From Acutalibacteraceae bacterium (GTDB lineage Bacteria; Bacillota; Clostridia; Oscillospirales; Acutalibacteraceae): 64,000 nucleotides of DNA. Position numbers and translations under genes: made by a program. Below, one piece after another: positions 45,524 through 56,928 of the stretch. The notes below the pieces were generated by a model that worked only from the letters and a program-made list of their open reading frames with translations, was not told the DNA's origin and did not search any database. Within the stretch, counting starts at the first letter, position 1; each line of letters starts with the position of its first letter. The DNA is taken from contig JAZTZV010000053.1 in the NCBI GenBank assembly GCA_045637645.1, positions 4,417 to 68,416 on the forward strand. Reading direction: 5' to 3'.

Positions 45524-46657
45524 TTAATCCGACACGACGGTTGTGTGCTTTTCGATGTGATCGCAAAGATCACGCGTGGAATTCGCGTTGATCGATGCGC
45601 GTTGTGCTTGTTGCATATCGATCGCCGCTTCGGTTTGGAAGAGCGTTTGGATCGCAGGCAACAAGTCGGTTTGGATATTTTCAACGGCAAGACACATGTT
45701 GTGTGAGCTGAAAAATTCAATATTATGCGTTTCACAGCCGGGAATCGGCGGCATCAGGATCATCGGGGTGCAGCTGACGGCGGCTTCGGTCGTGGACAAA
45801 CCGCCGGGCTTGGTGATGAACAAACGGCATGCATGCAAATATTGCGGCATTTGATCGGTGCGTCCGATGATGTGGATCTGTTTGTTGCCGGCAAAGTTTT
45901 GCAACAATTTTTCATACAAGCGTTCATTGCTTCCGCAGATAACAACCAAATGCGCTTGCGGGGTTTCTTCCAGAAATGTCAACAACGCTTTGATGCAATC
46001 GGTCATGGAACTGGCACCGATGCTACCGCCCGACAGCACGATATATTCATGTTCCGCCGACAAACCGATCGCTTTGCAAGCCTCTTCTTTCGTAATAGGC
46101 TTTGAAAAATGACGTTTAACGGGAATGCCGTAGGGAAGAATCTTGCTTGCGTGCACACCGTTTTCAACAAATAGGGGCGCAAGCTCGGGGGACGGAATCA
46201 CAAAATAGTCGCATTTGGCGTCGCGCAAAAACGGATAGCAGGTATAGTCGGTGGCGATTAGATAGCAAGGCGGTGTTTTGAAACCGTGTTTGCGAAGCGC
46301 CGTCATCATATGCGCCGCAAAGAGGTGCGTCATCACAACTGCATCGAATGTGTGCTTGGTCAAATATTTTTTCAGTGCATGGGCACAAACGCTGTTTGCC
46401 CAATACGCCGCCGATTCACCGGGAACTTGCTTGCTGAAAGTTTCGCTGATGGAATACATAGCGCCGAAAGCTTTCGGTGCGTATTGTACCGTTTTGATAT
46501 AGGTATTATCCACGATTTTGGCGGCGGGTTTTCCGACCAGACCAAACGCATCTTCAAAGCAAACCTGATGTCCGCGACGACGCATTTCTTCGACAACGGC
46601 GTAACCGGCGGTATTGTGTCCGCCTCCTGTGCCACAGGATAAAATCAAGATCCTCAT
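45524..46657 (-). CDS. MGDG-synthase/GT28 family glycosyltransferase (diacylglycerol glycosyltransferase-like)
   Basis: 377 aa from MRILILSCGTGGGHN (AGGTGGA RBS). C-terminal KPGGLSTTEA motif. Confidence 0.8.
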   Translation of the reverse strand: MRILILSCGTGGGHNTAGYAVVEEMRRRGHQVCFEDAFGLVGKPAAKIVDNTYIKTVQYAPKAFGAMYSISETFSKQVPGESAAYWANSVCAHALKKYLTKHTFDAVVMTHLFAAHMMTALRKHGFKTPPCYLIATDYTCYPFLRDAKCDYFVIPSPELAPLFVENGVHASKILPYGIPVKRHFSKPITKEEACKAIGLSAEHEYIVLSGGSIGASSMTDCIKALLTFLEETPQAHLVVICGSNERLYEKLLQNFAGNKQIHIIGRTDQMPQYLHACRLFITKPGGLSTTEAAVSCTPMILMPPIPGCETHNIEFFSSHNMCLAVENIQTDLLPAIQTLFQTEAAIDMQQAQRASINANSTRDLCDHIEKHTTVVSD

Positions 46658-46901
46658 GTTGGTTCCACCTCGCTTGGGATGTTTATGGCTCATGAGTGGT
46701 AATATCGAAAAAGTATTTTGTGCATTGATTTTCACTCTCATTCTACCTTAAAACTGCCCGATTTGCAATAGAGATTTTGTTTGTTTGCAAAAAAGACACA
46801 CTTTGTCTGCGGTGTGTTCACGCTTTGTTCGGATTCCGATCGAATGCACTGTGCATATATTGGTACAGGGGAGTCTGAATGTTATGAAAGGAGGCGATCA
46901 A

Positions 46902-47123
46902 ATGCAAGCGTTGTATTATGTCGGGTCGATATCGCAAGCTATGCGCGGCAAACGTGTTTTGGAACAACATGGAATCCGTTGTGAGATCCGACGCTCCGAA
47001 GCGAACAGCGAACATGGTTGCGGATACAGCTTGTCGGTGTCGCAAGATTCTCCTAATGTGCCGCTTGTTCTGCGTGCAAACGGCATCACATCCGTATCAT
47101 CTAAAGGGCGTGTCGGCTCATGA
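46902..47123 (+). CDS. DUF3343 (putative Se/S carrier-like) small protein
   Basis: 73 aa from MQALYY (AAAGGAGG RBS). Its stop overlaps the desulfurase start (ATGA). Confidence 0.6.
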   Translation: MQALYYVGSISQAMRGKRVLEQHGIRCEIRRSEANSEHGCGYSLSVSQDSPNVPLVLRANGITSVSSKGRVGS

Positions 47124-48256
47124 TATATTTTGACCATGCCGCAACGTCATATCCAAAGTCAACGGCGGTTTATCGTGCCGCCGATCAAGCACTGCGATGC
47201 TATGCGGCAAATCCGGGGCGTTCGGGATATGCCATGTCGCTGGCAACGTCGGAGGCAGTGTACAATTGTCGCGAGCGTGCGGCGACTTTGTTCGGCGTTC
47301 ATGATCCGCGTCGCGTGATATTGATGTCGGGATGTACGCAGGCGCTGAACACCGCCATCAAAAGCGTTTTGAAAAACGGAGGGCGCGCGGTGGTGTCCGA
47401 TTTGGAGCATAACGCGGTTATGCGTCCGCTGTACGCGCTTTCTCCGTATCAACCGATATATGATGTGGCGCATGTGACGGTCGGAGATGACGATCAAACG
47501 GTGGCGGCATTTGCGCAAGCAATCGGTCCGAAAACCAAAGCAGTGGTGTGCACACATGCTTCCAACGTGATCGGCTATGCCTTGCCGATTGCACGCATTG
47601 CGGCGGTCGCGCACGAGCGCGGGATCCCGATCATCGTGGATGCGGCGCAGTCAGCAGGACATTTGCCGATCAATTTGGAAGATGACGCGCTCGATTGTGT
47701 GTGCGCGGCGGGGCATAAAGGGCTCGGCGGCCCGATGGGGACGGGACTTTTGATGTGCCGTGAGGATTTTGAGATCGAGCCGCTTGTGGAAGGCGGAACA
47801 GGAAGCGACTCGTTGTCGTATGCACAGCCGTTGCAACTGCCCGATCGTTTGGAAAGCGGTACGCCGAACGTGCCGGGAATTTGCGCGCTCCGAGCGGGGA
47901 TTGACCGCGTGTTGCGTATCGGTGTGGAACGGTTGTCACGCCACGAAATCGCACTCGGGCAATATGTGCATGACGGCTTACAAATGATACAAGGAATCGC
48001 GACGGTGTCGCCGCGTCCGCAGTTTGGACATTCGACGGCGGTCGTGTCGTTTTGTCCGACGCAAAAGTCGGTAGAAGACGTTTGTCAAGCGTTGTCACAT
48101 TACGGTGTGGCGGTGCGCGGTGGGCTTCATTGTGCGCCGCTGGCGCATGAAACGATCGGCTCGTTGCCTCAGGGGACGGTGCGCTTGTCGTTCGGAGCAT
48201 CCAACACATGGAAAGAAGCGGAAATGTTCTTGCAAATTCTTAAAAAAATCCTGTAA
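47120..48256 (+). CDS. Class V aminotransferase / cysteine desulfurase family protein
   Basis: 378 aa. IYFDHAATS N-terminus, candidate PLP lysine in AGHKGLGGP, C-terminal GLHCAP Cys loop. Confidence 0.85.
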   Translation: MIYFDHAATSYPKSTAVYRAADQALRCYAANPGRSGYAMSLATSEAVYNCRERAATLFGVHDPRRVILMSGCTQALNTAIKSVLKNGGRAVVSDLEHNAVMRPLYALSPYQPIYDVAHVTVGDDDQTVAAFAQAIGPKTKAVVCTHASNVIGYALPIARIAAVAHERGIPIIVDAAQSAGHLPINLEDDALDCVCAAGHKGLGGPMGTGLLMCREDFEIEPLVEGGTGSDSLSYAQPLQLPDRLESGTPNVPGICALRAGIDRVLRIGVERLSRHEIALGQYVHDGLQMIQGIATVSPRPQFGHSTAVVSFCPTQKSVEDVCQALSHYGVAVRGGLHCAPLAHETIGSLPQGTVRLSFGASNTWKEAEMFLQILKKIL

Positions 48257-48323
48257 AACACATTGCTTTTTCCGCAATATGTATGGTAAAATAGTCATAT
48301 ACTTGACTATATCTGCGGAGGTG

Positions 48324-49229
48324 ATGTGTGTGCTGGAATCGATTCAAATGTTTTTGACCGAATTTTGGGCACGTATCTTGGTATTTTTCACCAGTTTGAA
48401 CCCCATCACAACGCTGATCGATATCACGGTTGTTGCCGCGTTGATTTTTACGTTGATCAAATTGGTGCGCGATTCCCGCGCCGAACAACTCATCAAAGGT
48501 ATTTTGTTGATGGCGGCGGTTTACGGATTGTCCGTTTTGCTTGATTTGCAAACGCTGACCTATTTGCTCGGCATTTTGTTTGATAATGCGTTGATCTTGG
48601 TCGTTGTTGTGTTCCAACCTGAAATTCGCCGTGCGCTTGAACATTTCGGTCACTCGAGTTTTAAAGGTGCGTTTTCGGCGATCGGTCGCAATTCTTCCAA
48701 AGAAGCGATCGTCACGCAACACAAGCAAGCGATCGCGGCGGTCTGCGGCGCGGTGGAGCAATTGCAGCGCCAACGCATGGGTGCGTTGATCGTGTTTGAG
48801 CGTCACACCAAACTCGGCGAGATCATCGCTTCGGGTACGGTGATCGACGCCGATCCCTCCGTCGAACTGATCGGTAATGTCTTTTTCAACAAAGCTCCGT
48901 TGCATGACGGCGCGATGATCATTCGCGACGGTCGTGTGTGTGCCGCGGGATGCATCCTGCCGCTCACCACGCATCATCGCCTTTCCAGCTCGCTCGGCAC
49001 GCGCCATCGCGCGGCGGTCGGCATGAGTGAAAACTCCGATGCGTTGATCGTGGTCGTATCGGAAGAAACGTCGGCAATTTCCCTTGCGCAAGGCGGCGAG
49101 TTGACGCGTGATTACACGCCGAAAACGCTTCGCATCGCCCTTGAAAACGGCATCTTGAGTGATATCCCCGACGATGAACAGCGCGGTCTTTTCAAAAAGC
49201 TGTTCAAAGGAAAGGGGGATGCGCAGTGA
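48324..49229 (+). CDS. cdaA: Diadenylate cyclase CdaA
   Basis: Three N-terminal TM helices plus DAC domain (LHDGAMII, GTRHRAA). Start ambiguous (ATG 48324, GTG 48330, ATG 48348). Confidence 0.9.
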   Translation: MCVLESIQMFLTEFWARILVFFTSLNPITTLIDITVVAALIFTLIKLVRDSRAEQLIKGILLMAAVYGLSVLLDLQTLTYLLGILFDNALILVVVVFQPEIRRALEHFGHSSFKGAFSAIGRNSSKEAIVTQHKQAIAAVCGAVEQLQRQRMGALIVFERHTKLGEIIASGTVIDADPSVELIGNVFFNKAPLHDGAMIIRDGRVCAAGCILPLTTHHRLSSSLGTRHRAAVGMSENSDALIVVVSEETSAISLAQGGELTRDYTPKTLRIALENGILSDIPDDEQRGLFKKLFKGKGDAQ

Positions 49230-50539
49230 AATCTCGTTTTTCTTTCAGTCGCTTTTTGGCGAATGACAAACTGATGATGATCGTGTCGATTTTGCTTGCG
49301 ATCGGTATTTGGTTCGGTGTCATTTCCGGCCCCGCTAACGTGCAGGAACGTTCTATCGCCATGACAGTCACCGTTGATCTCACAAACACGTATGCGTATC
49401 AAAGCGGTTTGCGTGTGCTCGGTGAAGACACATTCAGCGTGAAAGTCAACGTGTCCGGACCTTGGTCGGTGTTGACGAAGCTTGACGCAGACGACATTCG
49501 CGTGCGTCCCGATTTGACGTCCATCACAGGTGCGGGAGATGTTCAAGTGCCGCTTACCGCGTCGCGTAACAGCGACGAAACCGATTATGACATCTTGTCC
49601 GTATCTCCGAAAACGGTGTCGGTCATGTGTGACTATTGGCAGGAAGGCACCGCTTTTAAGGTGACGACCGATGTGACGTCGCTGACCGTTACCGATCCGA
49701 AGAAAAACCAAATCGGCGAGCCCTTCTTGGATACGACCGCGTTCCCTGAGGGCAAAATCACGATTGACGGTCCGCAATCGGTCGTCAGCCGCATCCATAC
49801 GCTTGTCGCGCGTGTGAATGTTTCCGAAGTGTTGTCGGAGTTGAAACAATATACGGTTCCGCTTGTTGCGCTTGATGCGGACGGCGAAGAACTGGATTTG
49901 ACCTATTGTGTGTTCCGTGAGATCCCCGACGGCAATGTAACGGTGACGGTTCCCGTTTGGGAACAACGACACGTGGAGATCGGTTACAATGTTCTCAATG
50001 CTCCGAGCGGTATGGAACTTGAATCGCTGTTGACTGTGGAACCGACATCTCTTGAATTGCTCGGTCCGACAGCCGATCTCAATGTGGTCGAGGAACAACT
50101 TGCCAATATCGGTACGATCGATTTTGCTAAGCTTGCGCTTACCAAGGATTCCATCACGTTCCCGCTCTCAATTGTTCCGTCGGTTCGTGCGATTGATTCG
50201 CCCACTGAAATTAAAGTATCGCTCAACAAAGACTCGTTGTCTCAAAAGACGATGACGTTGGTTGCGAACACCAACACGGTGAGTATCAAAGGTTCACTCG
50301 GCGATTTGAAGGTGACCATTCCGCAACAAACGCTTGATCAAATTGTGCTTGTCGGTGACGAAACGGCGATCAACGCCATCTCTTCGGCGGCGCTGACGCT
50401 CGAGATCGATCTCGGCTCGTCTCCCAAAGCGGGTACGAAGCAATATATTGCGAATTTAAAAATCAACGGTTACGACGATGTTTGGGCGTATTACGGCGAC
50501 CAAAATGAAGGTATTCCCGTCTATATCACATTGGCATAA
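49226..50539 (+). CDS. cdaR: CdaR (YbbR-domain) regulator of CdaA
   Basis: 437 aa, GTGA overlap with cdaA. N-terminal TM helix and repeated YbbR-like beta domains. Confidence 0.85.
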   Translation: MKSRFSFSRFLANDKLMMIVSILLAIGIWFGVISGPANVQERSIAMTVTVDLTNTYAYQSGLRVLGEDTFSVKVNVSGPWSVLTKLDADDIRVRPDLTSITGAGDVQVPLTASRNSDETDYDILSVSPKTVSVMCDYWQEGTAFKVTTDVTSLTVTDPKKNQIGEPFLDTTAFPEGKITIDGPQSVVSRIHTLVARVNVSEVLSELKQYTVPLVALDADGEELDLTYCVFREIPDGNVTVTVPVWEQRHVEIGYNVLNAPSGMELESLLTVEPTSLELLGPTADLNVVEEQLANIGTIDFAKLALTKDSITFPLSIVPSVRAIDSPTEIKVSLNKDSLSQKTMTLVANTNTVSIKGSLGDLKVTIPQQTLDQIVLVGDETAINAISSAALTLEIDLGSSPKAGTKQYIANLKINGYDDVWAYYGDQNEGIPVYITLA

Positions 50540-50655
50540 ATCAAACAGCATCGCACAAAACTGTGCGATGCTGTTTGATTTATGAAAAGAACTTGCCTTT
50601 TGGAGCGGTATGCGATATAATAATGTCAACTTTTTTGAAAGAAGGCGTCGCGTTA

Positions 50656-51219
50656 ATGGATAAGGAACGTTTGGAAGCGGCAGTACGCGAAATTTTGATT
50701 GCGATCGGCGAGGATCCCGACCGCGAAGGTCTTGTGGAAACGCCTCGTCGCGTTGCAAATATGTATGAAGAAGTGTTTTCGGGCATGACCGAAGACCCCA
50801 AGCAACACGTCAAATTGTTCACCGAACATCAGCCGGATGAGCTTGTGACCGTGCGCGATATTCCGCTCCATTCGATGTGTGAGCATCATCTGTTGCCGTT
50901 TATCGGCGTGGCGCACGTAGCGTATATCCCGCAAGACGGCAAGGTGATCGGTCTTTCGAAACTGGCGCGCATCATCAACACCTATGCGCGCCGTCCGCAA
51001 TTGCAAGAACGTCTCACTGCGCAAGTGGCGGATTTCCTCGAGCAAGAATTGAATCCGAAAGGTGTCGCCGTCATCATCGAAGCGGAACATCTGTGTATGA
51101 CGATGCGCGGTGTCCGCGCCGCCGGAGCCACAACACAAACGTCGGCGCTTCGCGGCTTGATGCGTTCGGATGCGCGCACACGTGCGGAGACCCTCTCGTT
51201 GCTCACAAACCGCAATTGA
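50656..51219 (+). CDS. folE: GTP cyclohydrolase I
   Basis: 187 aa from [26 protein letters not shown] and [10 protein letters not shown] motifs. Confidence 0.93.
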   Translation: MDKERLEAAVREILIAIGEDPDREGLVETPRRVANMYEEVFSGMTEDPKQHVKLFTEHQPDELVTVRDIPLHSMCEHHLLPFIGVAHVAYIPQDGKVIGLSKLARIINTYARRPQLQERLTAQVADFLEQELNPKGVAVIIEAEHLCMTMRGVRAAGATTQTSALRGLMRSDARTRAETLSLLTNRN

Positions 51220-51235
51220 ATCACATATACTGACA

Positions 51236-52225
51236 ATGAGTCTATCACGGCCGCAAGATCGTACAAATGGCGATTCTGCGGCTGTTTTATTGTCAGGAGG
51301 GAAATATGTTTTGAAAAGCGGAAATCAAACGGCGCTTCGTGTTTCTTTTTTGAATATAGTTTTGAATTGTCTGTTGGCGGTTGTGAAATTGATCGTCGGT
51401 GCGCTCTGCGGATCGGGGGCACTGGTGTCGGACGGGATCCATTCCGTAACCGATGTTGTCAGTACCGTTGTTGTGGCGATCGGCATTAAACTGTCCGAGC
51501 GGTCTTCGGACGGCAAGCATCCGTACGGTCATGAACGCATGGAATGTGTCGCGGCGGTGCTGTTGTCGGTGTTGATCGGCATCACCGGCGTCGGCATTGC
51601 GTTTACGGGGATTCGCCATGCGCTCGAAGCGGGATCGACTGTGGATTCCTCGCCCGGACGATGGGCGGTGACGGTGGCGGTCGCATCGGTTGTAATCAAA
51701 GAAATCATGTTTCGCTATACCCGACGCGCGGCACGAATGTGCGGATCGGGAGCGTTGTTGGCGGATGCGTGGCATCTGCGCAGTGATGCACTCGCATCCG
51801 TTGGTAGTGTTGTCGGTGTGATCGGTGCCTATTTCGGTTTACCGATGCTGGATTCGATTGCGTCGGTGGTGATCGGCTTGTTTGTGTTGAAAGCGGCGGT
51901 GGAGATTTTCGTGGATGCCATGCGCAAAATGACCGACCGCGCCTGCGAGGAAGAATTACAGGAAGAAATGGTGCGTTTCGTGACGGCGTATCCTGCGGTT
52001 GTGGATGTATTGGAAATAAAGACGCGCTTGTTCGGCAACCGTGTATTGGCGGAAATCACGGTTGCCGTTGAGGAAACCCTTTCGTGCCGAGAGGCGTTTG
52101 AGGTGGCGCAAACAATCGAGCAAACGGTTTGCGAATGTTTTGAAACGGTGAAGCATTGTGCGGTTCATATTCATCCTGTTTGTGTACAAGTGAGTGGTTG
52201 CAAATCGAGTATAGATGTGATATAA
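51236..52225 (+). CDS. Cation diffusion facilitator family transporter
   Basis: CDF motifs SDGIHSVTDVVST and ADAWHLRSDALAS. An alternative TTG start at 51311 lies 10 nt after AGGAGG. Confidence 0.85.
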   Translation: MSLSRPQDRTNGDSAAVLLSGGKYVLKSGNQTALRVSFLNIVLNCLLAVVKLIVGALCGSGALVSDGIHSVTDVVSTVVVAIGIKLSERSSDGKHPYGHERMECVAAVLLSVLIGITGVGIAFTGIRHALEAGSTVDSSPGRWAVTVAVASVVIKEIMFRYTRRAARMCGSGALLADAWHLRSDALASVGSVVGVIGAYFGLPMLDSIASVVIGLFVLKAAVEIFVDAMRKMTDRACEEELQEEMVRFVTAYPAVVDVLEIKTRLFGNRVLAEITVAVEETLSCREAFEVAQTIEQTVCECFETVKHCAVHIHPVCVQVSGCKSSIDVI

Positions 52226-52251
52226 TGTACAAAAATGAAGGAGGTGGGTGC

Positions 52252-52667
52252 GTGACGTTCGAAACTCACAATGTGAGCGAAACCGAGCAACTTGGCGCGC
52301 GTCTTGCCAAAGCGTTGGATCGCGGCGGTGTTGTTGCGATGTTCGGTGGACTCGGAATGGGTAAGACCGCGTTTGTGCGCGGCATGGCGGTCGGTCGCGG
52401 CATCGACGCCGAAGTCTCGAGCCCCACCTTTGCTCTCGTGCAGGATTACGGCGGAACCCCGCCTCTTGTGCATTTTGATATGTACCGCATCGAAACGTGG
52501 GACGATTTGTATGCGACCGGCTTTTTTGACTATATCGACATGGGCGCGATTCTCGCGGTCGAATGGAGCGAACAAATCGAAAACGCGTTGCCTGAAGATG
52601 CGGTGCGCGTGACGTTTGAACGGTTGTCGGATTCTGACCGCCGTATCACGATCGAGGGGGTGGCGCT

Positions 52668-52671
<4 letters not shown>
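52252..52671 (+). CDS. tsaE: tRNA t6A37 biosynthesis ATPase TsaE
   Basis: 139 aa, GTG start after GAAGGAGGTG. GGLGMGKTAFVRG P-loop, SPTFAL, HFDMYR. Confidence 0.9.
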
Positions 52672-54030
<1,359 letters not shown>

Positions 54031-54042
54031 GGATTGCTCAAC

Positions 54043-54096
54043 AGGCTGTCACGTTAAGGTGAAATGCTTTAACGTGATAGCCTCTTTTGTTTTTTA
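54043..54096 (+). terminator. Terminator of upp
   Basis: 15-bp stem AGGCTGTCACGTTAA / TTAACGTGATAGCCT followed by CTTTTGTTTTTT. Confidence 0.85.
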
Positions 54097-54157
54097 TATA
54101 AAATGTGTAATGTTTCGGTGTACAATCTGTCTTTACTATATGGAGAGGGGGAAGGAA

Positions 54158-54718
54158 ATGGAAGATCGTGATATTATTAAATTATATACCGCGCGTTCGG
54201 AAACGGCGATTACCGAGACAAACATAAAATACGGGACTTATTGTCGTTCAATTGCGTTTCATATTTTAGGGAACAGCGAAGATGCCGATGAGTGTGTCAA
54301 TGAAGCGCTTTGGAACGTGTGGAATTCCGTTCCGCCTCAAATCCCGCGGGATTTTCGAGCATATTTCGCTAAAATCACGCGCAATATTTCTCTCAATCGT
54401 CTCGAAAAACAGCGTGCGCAAAAACGGGGCGGAAAAGAAATGGAACTGGTGTTTGAAGAACTGTCGAACTGTATTTCCGATCAAAGCAATTTTCAATCCA
54501 TAAGCGACGATATTGTAATTCGCGAAACTTTGAATCGTTTTCTAAAAACGCTCTCGGAAAAAGAACGATGGATGTTTGTGCGACGGTATTGGTATGCCGA
54601 TTCCGTTGGCGACATTGCTCGAAAATTGCGTATGAGCGAAAACCATGTGCGTGTTGTGTTGCATCGTGTTCGTCGAAAATTGAAAACGGTGTTGGAAAAA
54701 GAAGGGGTGGTTATATGA
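54158..54718 (+). CDS. Sigma-70 family (ECF-like) RNA polymerase sigma factor
   Basis: 186 aa from MEDRDII. Region 2 (DADECVNEALWNVW) and region 4 (LSEKERWMFVRRYWYADSVGDIARKL). Confidence 0.85.
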   Translation: MEDRDIIKLYTARSETAITETNIKYGTYCRSIAFHILGNSEDADECVNEALWNVWNSVPPQIPRDFRAYFAKITRNISLNRLEKQRAQKRGGKEMELVFEELSNCISDQSNFQSISDDIVIRETLNRFLKTLSEKERWMFVRRYWYADSVGDIARKLRMSENHVRVVLHRVRRKLKTVLEKEGVVI

Positions 54719-55854
54719 GTCAGGCGGCGAGATTGTGTCGGTTGATTGGTGAGATCGACGACAGCTATATTACGGCGGCAGTCGACGTTCCGAAACCGAA
54801 AATGCTTTGGTTGAAGATAACAGCCGTTGCGGCGTGTGCGGCACTTGTGATCGGAATTGTTCATGTTAGTGTCGTTTCCGATTTCAATACCGCTTGCGAC
54901 AGTATTGTCTATCCGAGTGAAACACCGATGGACATTTCCGGTAGTTTTGTTGCCGCACAATTCGGCGAACAATTGGCGTCGAAGACCTATATAAACTATT
55001 CGCAGTTGGTGAGTCGTGCGACGCTGATTATCTGCGCTGATGTAGAAAATATTTATCAAAAAGAAACGGATCAAGGATATGTAATATACGCCGAAATGCG
55101 CGTAGTAGAAACACTCAAAGGAGATACACAATCAGGAAGCACCGTTTATGTTCAAGATAACGCCGGACGGGATAAGCGCGGTCAAACGGTGTCATTGTAT
55201 GACGATCCTCTGTTTGAAAAAGGAAATCGCGTGTTGCTGTTTTTGTATATACCGCAAGGAGATATTACGACTGAAGATGGACAACAACTATATGCCGTTT
55301 GGGGATCGGTTGGGAAATTCTTTTACGATAAAGACGGAAAGTACCACTGGTCGATGCTTTACAGCGATCGATATTTAACAGAGTCTACAATATCGATGAT
55401 GCTTCGAGATCCTAAACCGAAAACATTAGAAGAAATGAAACAGTTAGTTGATAATGCAATCGATGTAACACAATCTCCTTTTGCGTCGTTCTCTCGGTCA
55501 CCGCGCGGCGGAGAGGTGTTTTACCGACCGCATTACAGCGGCTTTTTGGAAGAACTTCAAACGAAACACAGTCAATTTTTAATCAGTTTTTATGTGTATG
55601 ATCAAGACGGCGTGCCTCTTTCGTGTGATAAAACAAAGGAAGAATGTGTGCGTTTGGCATCACTTGGATATCACATCTATCAAAAGCCATCCACGCAATA
55701 TCAATGTGATCACGAAATTGTCGGCGTATTTACAATTGACGAATTGAACAGTCTTGAATTTTGTGAGAATTACGGCTATTGCTTTGGCGATATTTGGAAC
55801 AGCGGAAATGATTTTATATCTAAAATGGATGAAAGTCTTCGCATAGAAGGATAA
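54715..55854 (+). CDS. Membrane-anchored protein coupled to the sigma factor (putative anti-sigma factor)
   Basis: 379 aa, ATGA overlap with the sigma gene. Short cytoplasmic N-terminus, one TM helix (WLKITAVAACAALVIGIV), large external domain with no family I recognise. Confidence 0.6.
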   Translation: MSQAARLCRLIGEIDDSYITAAVDVPKPKMLWLKITAVAACAALVIGIVHVSVVSDFNTACDSIVYPSETPMDISGSFVAAQFGEQLASKTYINYSQLVSRATLIICADVENIYQKETDQGYVIYAEMRVVETLKGDTQSGSTVYVQDNAGRDKRGQTVSLYDDPLFEKGNRVLLFLYIPQGDITTEDGQQLYAVWGSVGKFFYDKDGKYHWSMLYSDRYLTESTISMMLRDPKPKTLEEMKQLVDNAIDVTQSPFASFSRSPRGGEVFYRPHYSGFLEELQTKHSQFLISFYVYDQDGVPLSCDKTKEECVRLASLGYHIYQKPSTQYQCDHEIVGVFTIDELNSLEFCENYGYCFGDIWNSGNDFISKMDESLRIEG

Positions 55855-55869
55855 TACCATTTTACCGAG

Positions 55870-56337
55870 GTGAAGGTTGTGAAACGATGGTTAAGCGGAT
55901 TGGTTGTGTCGATGTGTCTGTGTTGCTTATTGAGTGGGTGTCAAGAAAACGAGCCTCAGGAAGGATTGCTTGACACCGTGTATATGTCGGTGTGCGAAAT
56001 GGTTGAAAACGACGAAGAATACCGGGCTGAATTTTTTGGACCAAAGTACAGAGCGATAAAGGTGTCACAGGGATTGAGCGAGATTTTGACACCTTCTCAG
56101 TGGAAAAGATCAATTTCGGCGACAACTGATTCGTCGTATTGTTATATACAATTACCCGTTGCCAAACTGGAGTTCTATGAGGGGAATGTGTTGTGTGTGA
56201 CAATGGCAGAAAGCAACCAACAGGAATGGTATATTGGCACTGATGATGTATATGCACAGTTGGATCGGTATATAGAACAGCACGGACTTATGTTGCCGGT
56301 AATCACATCGGACAATTTTGTGGCTGTTTGTCATTAG
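55870..56337 (+). CDS. Hypothetical lipoprotein
   Basis: GTG start (55870 or 55879). Lipobox LLSGC. Confidence 0.6.
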   Translation: MKVVKRWLSGLVVSMCLCCLLSGCQENEPQEGLLDTVYMSVCEMVENDEEYRAEFFGPKYRAIKVSQGLSEILTPSQWKRSISATTDSSYCYIQLPVAKLEFYEGNVLCVTMAESNQQEWYIGTDDVYAQLDRYIEQHGLMLPVITSDNFVAVCH

Positions 56338-56362
56338 TGTCAAAAATCAAGGAGGAGAGTCA

Positions 56363-56869
56363 ATGAAAAGAATAATCCAATTAATAAGTCTTGCAATGGC
56401 ATGGATCGTTACAACAACTTGTCTCGTGCCGGTGTATACAACTTCTGCTGAAAGTGTGTCGCACCCGAATTTATCAGAGGTTTATACGGATTTGTTTGAA
56501 ATAGGCTATCAATGGCTCGATCTTCCTGAATCGCGCCTTGTGCTGGAAACGGATGGTTTAGAAGGAGAATACCAAGGATTCAAAGAGGCTCTGTCGGAGT
56601 TTGCGGATGAAAAAGATATGACGTTTTATTGTGGCACTCACGTAGAGATGAGGAAGTTGCCGATTTATGAATACGACGACGATGGCAGTTGGGATCGGTT
56701 TATGAATCATGATGGCTATCTTGTAAAGGTGGAAGAAAAACCGATTGATGGGCAGATCTATTCGGTTAAAGTTCGAATTTTACTGAATGACCATACAGGT
56801 GCAGATGTTGAAGCATACGTCAATTTGAATGATTTATCGTATACGATTGTGCATTGTATGGTGGGTTAA
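56363..56869 (+). CDS. Hypothetical secreted protein
   Basis: 168 aa from MKRIIQL (AAGGAGGAG RBS). Signal peptide ending TTSA-ES. Confidence 0.55.
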   Translation: MKRIIQLISLAMAWIVTTTCLVPVYTTSAESVSHPNLSEVYTDLFEIGYQWLDLPESRLVLETDGLEGEYQGFKEALSEFADEKDMTFYCGTHVEMRKLPIYEYDDDGSWDRFMNHDGYLVKVEEKPIDGQIYSVKVRILLNDHTGADVEAYVNLNDLSYTIVHCMVG

Positions 56870-56880
56870 GCGCATACATA

Positions 56881-56925
56881 AAGACAGGCGTGAGAGTTTC
56901 TACTCTCACGCCTGTCTTGTTATAT
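56881..56925. terminator. Bidirectional terminator between the sigma operon and glnS
   Basis: 16-bp stem AAGACAGGCGTGAGAG / CTCTCACGCCTGTCTT. Confidence 0.85.
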
Positions 56926-56928
56926 ATC

